DNA of 64,000 nucleotides from an uncultured virus (IMG/VR IMGVR_UViG_3300042691_052636) (Duplodnaviria > Heunggongvirae > Uroviricota > Caudoviricetes). This document shows positions 57,316-64,000 of this stretch, in pieces. Where the stretch lies: IMG/VR virus record IMGVR_UViG_3300042691_052636, one strand, 5' to 3'. A program made the translations under genes and the position numbers. The notes under the pieces are model-generated. The model was not told the origin of the DNA. It ran no database searches and saw only the letters and a program-made list of their open reading frames with translations. Every line of letters starts with the position of its first letter. The first letter of the stretch is position 1.

Positions 57316-58424
57316 TGCTGAATTTTCCAAATATTAAAAGAGTTATATTCATTACTGACACTCATTTAGGAGTTAGGAATAATTCTAATGACTGGATTCA
57401 GATTCATGAAGACTATTTCAAGAATTGGTTTATTCCTTTATGTAAGAAGATTTATAGACCCGGCGATTGTTTAGTACATCTTGGTGATGTATATGATTCC
57501 AGACAATCTCTTAATTTGAAAGTTCTAAATCTTGGAATAGAAATATTCGAACAGCTATCTGACATTTTCAAGGATGGAATATTCATCATTTGTGGTAATC
57601 ATGATATATTTGGACGCAGTACTAATGAAGTTAATTCGTTGAAATCTCTCAAATGGATACCAAGAGTAAAAATTTTCGAGGAGCCAGAAACAATTCAGTT
57701 CGGACCAAAGAAGATTTTTCTAATGCCTTGGAGAAAGGACCATGAAGCAGAAAGAGAAGTTCTGTCATCTGTTGATGAGCATGATTACATGTTTTGCCAC
57801 ACAGATCTAAAAGGCCTGATGTTTAACAAATTTGTTAGAATTGAGGAGGGATTGAATTATGATGACATGAATAAATTTGAAAGAGTTTATTCAGGTCACA
57901 TCCACTATTCTCAGAATTTTGGAAAAATGCGAATGCTTGGATCTCCGTATCAATTGACCAGATCCGATACGGACAACCCTAAAGGAATTACAGTTTTAGA
58001 TTTAGAAACTGGTTCGGAAGAATACTACGATAACGATTATTCACCAAGATTCGTAAGGCTCACTTTTGAGAAAGTCTTAAACTCTACACCTGCAGAGTTA
58101 AGTCCTATTTTCAGAAACAATTTCATCGATATTTTAGTAGATCCAGAGATTGCAGTTAAAGCCCCTCTTGGACTATTAACTGATTATATCGATTCGCCTT
58201 TGAAAATATCATTCACTCCCATAACATCTCCAGACCAAAATATTGTCGATGAAGGATTTCATGATTTGGAAGGAAAGAATTTTTCCATTTTGGAATTAAC
58301 AAAGCTATATCTGGAAAAATGTAATTACGAGGACGAAAAAAGTAGTAAAATATACAACGCTATAGAAAAATTGCTACAGAAAGTTGCAGTAAAAAATGAA
58401 ATAGATGAAGATCAAGAAGATTGA
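57315..58424 (+). CDS. Recombination nuclease subunit (T4 gp47/SbcD/Mre11-like)
   Basis: TDTHLG, HLGDVYD, CGNHD, SGHIH, LGSPYQLT. Confidence 0.92.
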   Translation: MLNFPNIKRVIFITDTHLGVRNNSNDWIQIHEDYFKNWFIPLCKKIYRPGDCLVHLGDVYDSRQSLNLKVLNLGIEIFEQLSDIFKDGIFIICGNHDIFGRSTNEVNSLKSLKWIPRVKIFEEPETIQFGPKKIFLMPWRKDHEAEREVLSSVDEHDYMFCHTDLKGLMFNKFVRIEEGLNYDDMNKFERVYSGHIHYSQNFGKMRMLGSPYQLTRSDTDNPKGITVLDLETGSEEYYDNDYSPRFVRLTFEKVLNSTPAELSPIFRNNFIDILVDPEIAVKAPLGLLTDYIDSPLKISFTPITSPDQNIVDEGFHDLEGKNFSILELTKLYLEKCNYEDEKSSKIYNAIEKLLQKVAVKNEIDEDQED

Positions 58425-60072
58425 GTGGAAAAACGTTGCTTCTTACGGGAATAAAATTCAAAAACTTGAATTTCCAGAAAAAACTGGTCTGATACAAGTT
58501 TTTGGAGAAAATGGTGTGGGAAAATCGACAATTTCTGATGTCATAACTTTTGGTCTGTATGGAAAACTCGAAGGAAAAAAACTAAAAGACATTCCTAATA
58601 GATCCAACGGCAATGCCTGGATGAAAATATCATTCGAGGAGGATGGTAAATTCTACGAGGTTGAAAGAGGTCTTGATCCATCACTATTTCAATTATCGAT
58701 TCAAGGTGAAGTTTATGACAGGGCAGGTCAGAAAAATGTACAGGACTTTCTTTCTGATGACATATTGAAAATACCATATTACGTTTTCAATAATACAATA
58801 TCCCTGTCTATTAACGACTTCAAAAGCTTTTTAAAGATGAGCAGCGCAGATAAAAAGCTCATAATAGATAAGATTTTTGGTTTCTATATTTTAAATGAAA
58901 TGCGTGACATTTTGAAAGAAGAAACAAAGAATATAAAGTCATCTATTGATAGACTTTCTGGTGAAATCCAAGCAACAGGAAAATCCATCTTCAACTCTCA
59001 AAAAGAACTTGAAGATCTTCAGAAAAGATTAGTAGAAAATGCAGGAGGTGAAATTGACAAAACTCAGGAACAGCTTGATGATTACACAGATCTGCTTAAA
59101 ATTCACACAGAAAAGCTTAAGTCTTTCAAAACACAAGAAAATGACATAAGTAGAACTGTTTCCAAAGCATACGAGACTTTGACTGATTCTATGAGTAAAA
59201 TCAAAGAATTAGATTCAAAAATGAACTTGTACAACAACGACAAGTGTCCAACCTGCTTATCAGATCTTTCAAGTGATTTTCATAAATCTCATTTTGACCT
59301 TCTTTCATCACAAAGACAGGATTTGTCTGATGGTTTGCAAGCTTTGAAGCAAAATTACAATGATGCTAAGAAATTGCAATCAGATTTACAAGATACCAAA
59401 AATGATCTTTTTAAGAAGGGAGGGAAAATAGAATTAGCTATCAAATCTTTGAAAGAAAAATTAAGGGATCTTAAAACTGCAAAAAATAATGATCAGGTAA
59501 ATTCTATTAAGAAGTTGTTGAACACTGCACAAGAAGAGCTTGGCACTTTCAATAAGGAAAAGTCTACTTGGGAAGAGAGACAAAATTGGATTAAAACCCT
59601 TGATGAAATCTTAAGTGAAAAAGGTGTAAAGCAACTGGCAATTAAGTCTATTTTACCATCACTTAACAATGAAATTCTTTCCACTCTTCTCTCTTTACAT
59701 TTACCATACAAGGTGGTTTTCAATGAGGAGTTCAATGCTCAAATATTCCACTTAGGTGAGGAGATATCTTGTCAAACTCTTTCTACAGGAGAAATGAAAA
59801 AAGTTGATTTTGCGGTCTTAGTTGCTATAATCAAGTTAATGAAAATAAGATTTTCTTCTGTTAACATTCTATTTCTTGATGAGATTTTCAGTTCTGTCGA
59901 TCCTGATGGGGTACATACGATTCTAACTACTTTGAGAAAACTTTGCGACGATTTACACATGAACATCTTCGTAATTAATCACGCACCAATGCCTACAGAA
60001 ATTTTCGATTACAAGATAGAGATTTCAAAAAAGAACAATTTCTCAGATCTTGTTTTTGAAAAGATAGGCTAA
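58405..60072 (+). CDS. Recombination ATPase subunit (T4 gp46/SbcC/Rad50-like)
   Basis: GENGVGKS, CPTC zinc hook, LSTGE, LFLDEIFSSVD, INH. Confidence 0.92.
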   Translation: MKIKKIEWKNVASYGNKIQKLEFPEKTGLIQVFGENGVGKSTISDVITFGLYGKLEGKKLKDIPNRSNGNAWMKISFEEDGKFYEVERGLDPSLFQLSIQGEVYDRAGQKNVQDFLSDDILKIPYYVFNNTISLSINDFKSFLKMSSADKKLIIDKIFGFYILNEMRDILKEETKNIKSSIDRLSGEIQATGKSIFNSQKELEDLQKRLVENAGGEIDKTQEQLDDYTDLLKIHTEKLKSFKTQENDISRTVSKAYETLTDSMSKIKELDSKMNLYNNDKCPTCLSDLSSDFHKSHFDLLSSQRQDLSDGLQALKQNYNDAKKLQSDLQDTKNDLFKKGGKIELAIKSLKEKLRDLKTAKNNDQVNSIKKLLNTAQEELGTFNKEKSTWEERQNWIKTLDEILSEKGVKQLAIKSILPSLNNEILSTLLSLHLPYKVVFNEEFNAQIFHLGEEISCQTLSTGEMKKVDFAVLVAIIKLMKIRFSSVNILFLDEIFSSVDPDGVHTILTTLRKLCDDLHMNIFVINHAPMPTEIFDYKIEISKKNNFSDLVFEKIG

Positions 60073-60095
60073 AGTCTACATCGATATATAGATCG

Positions 60096-60509
60096 ATGGC
60101 CAATATCATTTATCCTGCGGGTACTAACACAATTAGAAATTTAGAACCAAGGTTTTATTACTTTCTTGTGGTAAAACCCGATTCTTTAGTTGATGATATT
60201 CCACAAAAAGAATATTTCGTTTATAGGTTTAAGGTTTCAATTGCTGCAAAAAAAGGAATAAATTCATTGAGAAAGTATTTTTCCCCAGTTCAACTTATCC
60301 AATGTAATCAAATGACTGATGTAGAATATGCAACAGGTGTATTTGATCATCCCGATTATATCAATCAAAATAAGCAGCCATTACAAATTAATTTAAGAGA
60401 AATTCCGATTTACTTCCAATCAAAAATCGGGGTTATTGATTTAGAAAAGGATCCTTACCAATATGGCAGTGTTCCAATAATAACTAATAATACCTCAGTA
60501 ATTAACTAA
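60096..60509 (+). CDS. Hypothetical protein, probably structural
   Basis: ORF after GATATATA. Confidence 0.6.
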   Translation: MANIIYPAGTNTIRNLEPRFYYFLVVKPDSLVDDIPQKEYFVYRFKVSIAAKKGINSLRKYFSPVQLIQCNQMTDVEYATGVFDHPDYINQNKQPLQINLREIPIYFQSKIGVIDLEKDPYQYGSVPIITNNTSVIN

Positions 60510-60510
60510 T

Positions 60511-61329
60511 ATGGATTTTTTAGAAAAATACAACACAGACGATGTTTTCTTTAGAGGTGTTATTTTAGGGCTTCTAAGTAAGATGAATGAGGTTATAACC
60601 TATACTCAAACTGGATCAGATCAAGTTAAAAGAACTATCTTCATTCCATTTTTCTATTCTATGGTAGGCGACGAACCATTTCTACAAGATTTTTATCTTT
60701 CTTATGAAGACTGCGATGGAAATCCTGCTTTTGCTGAGGGAAATTATGATGTCGTTCCAAGAGGAATATTAGAGCTTGGTACAATCAGATTAGATACATC
60801 TGCATCGACTACAAAATTTGTCCGTGGCTCGTACGTAAAAGAAGTACCAAAAGAATCAGGAAGTGAAATGGTGACTTATTCATCCTACATGAATCCTATT
60901 CCTTTAGCAATACAAGTTAATGCTAAAATCAAAGCAGATACAACTTTAGATGCTTTTAAAATACAGCAAAGTGTTCTTGAAATATTGTACAAGAGATTCG
61001 TTTACTACTTCAATTACAAGGGGTTTAGAATACCAGTTCAAGTTTCATTACAGGATTCTCCTCCAGATAAGCAACCTAATAATTTCCAAATGGGATACGG
61101 ATCACAAAGAGGTGAAGCTATAACACTTTCTTTCTCGATGGATCTAGAAACATATCTTCCACAGTTAGACCTTACTACTGAGAGATTCAGAGGTAATTTG
61201 ATGCAAGGTGGAATCAAACTAAATGTTGAATTAGGAAAGGCACCTGAAGATAATAGCACAATTATAGAAGGGCTTGGAGTTTACGACATTAGAAGGGATA
61301 TTACAGGATCTACCGGTGCTAATCCTTAA
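60511..61329 (+). CDS. Probable tail sheath stabiliser / tail completion protein (T4 gp15-like)
   Basis: IFIPFFYS, VVPRG, PIPLAIQVNAKI...QQSVL, ITLSFSMDLETYLP pattern and gene context. Confidence 0.5.
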   Translation: MDFLEKYNTDDVFFRGVILGLLSKMNEVITYTQTGSDQVKRTIFIPFFYSMVGDEPFLQDFYLSYEDCDGNPAFAEGNYDVVPRGILELGTIRLDTSASTTKFVRGSYVKEVPKESGSEMVTYSSYMNPIPLAIQVNAKIKADTTLDAFKIQQSVLEILYKRFVYYFNYKGFRIPVQVSLQDSPPDKQPNNFQMGYGSQRGEAITLSFSMDLETYLPQLDLTTERFRGNLMQGGIKLNVELGKAPEDNSTIIEGLGVYDIRRDITGSTGANP

Positions 61330-61649
61330 GAATTTAACTGCTGATCCTCTTTCACTTCAGCTTCTTCCGCAGTGCTGACCGTTTTATTATCAGATTCTAT
61401 AACTTGTGTGTCTTTTGATTTCCTGTACCCAAGTAAAGCAGTTCCTATACTCACAAAAATTATTGATTGTACTAAAATGTCGACATTTTGATTAATGAAC
61501 ATTTTATCGATACATCCTAAGAAAAAACAAAATCCTCCTATAAATACAATGTAAAGACCAGCGGTGCCACTTCCTGAGGTTTTTCCGTCCGAATTTGAAG
61601 TTAATTGTGAGAAACTAAATTTCTCCATTGCAGCTCTTAATTTTCTCAT
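61326..61649 (-). CDS. Small two-TM membrane protein (possible holin)
   Basis: Two hydrophobic helices and a charged C-terminus. Confidence 0.5.
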   Translation of the reverse strand: MRKLRAAMEKFSFSQLTSNSDGKTSGSGTAGLYIVFIGGFCFFLGCIDKMFINQNVDILVQSIIFVSIGTALLGYRKSKDTQVIESDNKTVSTAEEAEVKEDQQLNS

Positions 61650-61689
61650 AACTCTTTTACCGATATATATTACAAATGAAAAGACAAAA

Positions 61690-63882
61690 ATGCCAGAGGT
61701 AGTAATAGAATTTACCGCTATTGGAAATTATAGAATAATTTCTTGGTCAGATCCCTTTAAAAATGTACAATCTTTTAATGGGTGGATCATTGATACAAGC
61801 GGAGAAAATCCCCCAAGCATTTTTCTGTTTTTAGAATTTAGATGGAGTATAAATGGATCAAATTGGTCTCTTTGGAGTGAACTAACCGAGGCTGCTGTTC
61901 AAGCATTGCCAATATCTCCTGCTGTTCCCTTTTATCTAGAAGTTAGAATGACAGCTTCTTCAGATGAAAATGCGAGTCCTTATTATCCTCCAGGAACAAC
62001 TTTAAGTCCTGCAATAATATTAAATGATTTTGAATTGGACTTAACTTATGCTACTGTAGATCCTAGAGATTTAATGGTAACGCCTACTCCGCTTTGTGGA
62101 AAAGAGCTAACTAATTATCCAATTGTTTTTTCAGATTGTGATTTCACTTTTAGACCATATGATATAAATCGAGCGATCAATCTATATCAAGATTTAAGTA
62201 AGGTTGTAAATAATGTTTTCGGTCACGAAGTGGTTTATTATTCTGTTCAACCACAGGGAAGAGGCAAAGATGTTGTTCTCAAAGAGTATACGCTATATGA
62301 TGTTGTTGATGAGAAGTGTGTTAAGGTTATGGTTCCTAATAACCAATTTCCTGATGCTGCTATCAATTTTGAAACGTGGGGATTAAACTTCCAACAACCT
62401 TTTGAAATCCATATAGATAGAAAATATTTCGAAGGAATATTCGGAAAAGGATCTCAGCCAAGGAAAAGAGATATAATTTATTTCCCACGAACAAATAGAA
62501 TTTATAGGATAGATTCTATGTACGTTTTTAGAGATATAAATAACTATCCGGTATATTTCAAAGTTCAACTGGTTAAGTACGAAATCCAAAAAAACACAAC
62601 ATTCTTGGATCCCACAGCAGAATCTGGCTTACATGATTACACTGTAAACACACAAGAACTTTTTGGAACTGATATCCAAGATCAAGAAACTGAAATTACT
62701 AAACCACAACAATATGCAGTAACTTCACAAAGGAGATTAGACGATCCAATAAGATCTTATATTAATAAGAACCTCCCAATTATAGAATACGATTTAAATA
62801 ACAACTGGACAATAGTTTTCAATACTTATTATGATCTAAATTCTATTTTTATCGATGATCCTAACACAATAGATCCAGTTTCTCCTGCATCTGGTTGGAC
62901 TGACGAAGAAAGAGATGCTGTTAGATGGAAGGCAGATCCAATTTTAACTGCTAATGAGGAGAGGAGTTTTCTTTGCTGGTTTAGATCAAGAAACTACATT
63001 GATAAGAGTAAATTAGTTTTCAGACCATCTCCTAAATACCCTATTAATATTGATAATATTGGATCTGGCGAGATAACATATACAACTTATCCTATACCTC
63101 ACGGATTTCATGTTAGACCCAATCCTAATGGATTCGTTTCTATCCTGGCTGATGGTATAAGATCAGGAGGTTTTGAGATTTTGGAAATTATAGATCAATT
63201 CAGATTCAAAGTGAAGGATTCAGGAGCTTCAGCACCTGTGTCAACCTCGGGATGGAAAGCACAAAGAGCTCAATCTAGAATATTGTTCGATGGTTACTAT
63301 AATGGTCAAGGGTTATACATAGATTTCATTTGGAGTGGATCAAATGCTGAATCGAGTCCACAATCCGGCAACTATTTGCAAACTGGTAGTTTTAGAGTGA
63401 AAATAAATAATTTAGAAATTCTTTCACCTTTTGGAGCAGGAATTCAAAGCACAATAGGTCAATTCATTCCAACTGAAGATGATTGGTATGGATTCGTTTT
63501 TAATTTTTCTAATGTATTCAGACAATATTCATTAAAGGTTTGGAGACTCACTTACAACCCAGATAATCCTTTAGCACAAACATCTGATTTGAGCCTAATT
63601 CATTCTTTGGATGGCGTTACAACTCAAGCATATACGTTTAACATACCACCAGTTATAGAGACAGATTTTGATAGCCCTTTTTACGGAACAAATAACTACG
63701 CATATAAGACTAGATCTTGTCCTTTATGGGTAACCAATTTTAGGTTCTTTAAATATATGGTAGAGGAAGAAAAACAATCTGCTATCCTGAACCAAAATAT
63801 CATAGATGATGCACAATTAGCCATCATAATTGATAATGCTAAACCAATTCTGAAACTTCCACGTGTCGCTAGAAATAGATAA
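61690..63882 (+). CDS. Virion protein with T4 gp14-like neck domain and extra N/C-terminal domains
   Basis: FGHEVVYY, D.VLKEY, FEIHIDRKYF, PRKRDIIYFPRTNRIYRI, FKVQLVKYE; start set at MPEVVIEF after GATATATA. Confidence 0.6.
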   Translation: MPEVVIEFTAIGNYRIISWSDPFKNVQSFNGWIIDTSGENPPSIFLFLEFRWSINGSNWSLWSELTEAAVQALPISPAVPFYLEVRMTASSDENASPYYPPGTTLSPAIILNDFELDLTYATVDPRDLMVTPTPLCGKELTNYPIVFSDCDFTFRPYDINRAINLYQDLSKVVNNVFGHEVVYYSVQPQGRGKDVVLKEYTLYDVVDEKCVKVMVPNNQFPDAAINFETWGLNFQQPFEIHIDRKYFEGIFGKGSQPRKRDIIYFPRTNRIYRIDSMYVFRDINNYPVYFKVQLVKYEIQKNTTFLDPTAESGLHDYTVNTQELFGTDIQDQETEITKPQQYAVTSQRRLDDPIRSYINKNLPIIEYDLNNNWTIVFNTYYDLNSIFIDDPNTIDPVSPASGWTDEERDAVRWKADPILTANEERSFLCWFRSRNYIDKSKLVFRPSPKYPINIDNIGSGEITYTTYPIPHGFHVRPNPNGFVSILADGIRSGGFEILEIIDQFRFKVKDSGASAPVSTSGWKAQRAQSRILFDGYYNGQGLYIDFIWSGSNAESSPQSGNYLQTGSFRVKINNLEILSPFGAGIQSTIGQFIPTEDDWYGFVFNFSNVFRQYSLKVWRLTYNPDNPLAQTSDLSLIHSLDGVTTQAYTFNIPPVIETDFDSPFYGTNNYAYKTRSCPLWVTNFRFFKYMVEEEKQSAILNQNIIDDAQLAIIIDNAKPILKLPRVARNR

Positions 63883-63905
63883 TTAGATATAATACTCAAA
63901 AGTAA

Positions 63906-64000
63906 ATGCCAAGAAGAAAACCAAAAAAGCCTAATTTATCTAAAGAGCAAGAGCTTAACCTTAAAGAACAGCTTGATGGAATCATTTTGGCTGATGAAAT
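63906..64000 (+). CDS. Start of hypothetical protein (truncated)
   Basis: MPRRKPKKPNLSKEQELNLKEQLDGIILADE, open at window end. Confidence 0.55.
   Translation, partial: MPRRKPKKPNLSKEQELNLKEQLDGIILADE

Overview
AT-rich, gene-dense, standard-code segment of a large T4-like (probably jumbo) dsDNA phage. The host is most likely in the Bacteroidota, since several starts have TAnnTTTG promoter elements and A-rich leaders without an SD sequence. The window carries a T4-type recombination/replication block (UvsX/RecA, gp41-like helicase, gp47/gp46) and neck/tail-completion-like genes. It also has a ~15.5 kb collagen-like tail-fibre/adhesin region, a sigma-70 factor, nucleotide metabolism genes (ThyA, a second TS-fold enzyme with the dCMP-type Asp, GMP reductase/IMPDH, HD nucleotidase) and many predicted capsid-packaged proteins with a shared N-terminal motif. 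Four tRNAs with an inserted homing endonuclease and a dispersed RNA-repair kit are also present. The top signal is an unannotated 19-codon leader ORF at 40045-40104, followed by mutually exclusive antiterminator and terminator hairpins directly upstream of the tRNA cluster. Its codons (ATA, TTA, AGG/AGA) are those the downstream tRNAs read, which suggests a ribosome-stalling attenuator that turns on phage tRNAs when host tRNAs are depleted. The second signal is two covarying Y-RNA-like stems upstream of a TROVE/Ro60 gene. All calls come from reading motifs and pairing bases by eye; no searches or folding programs were run.
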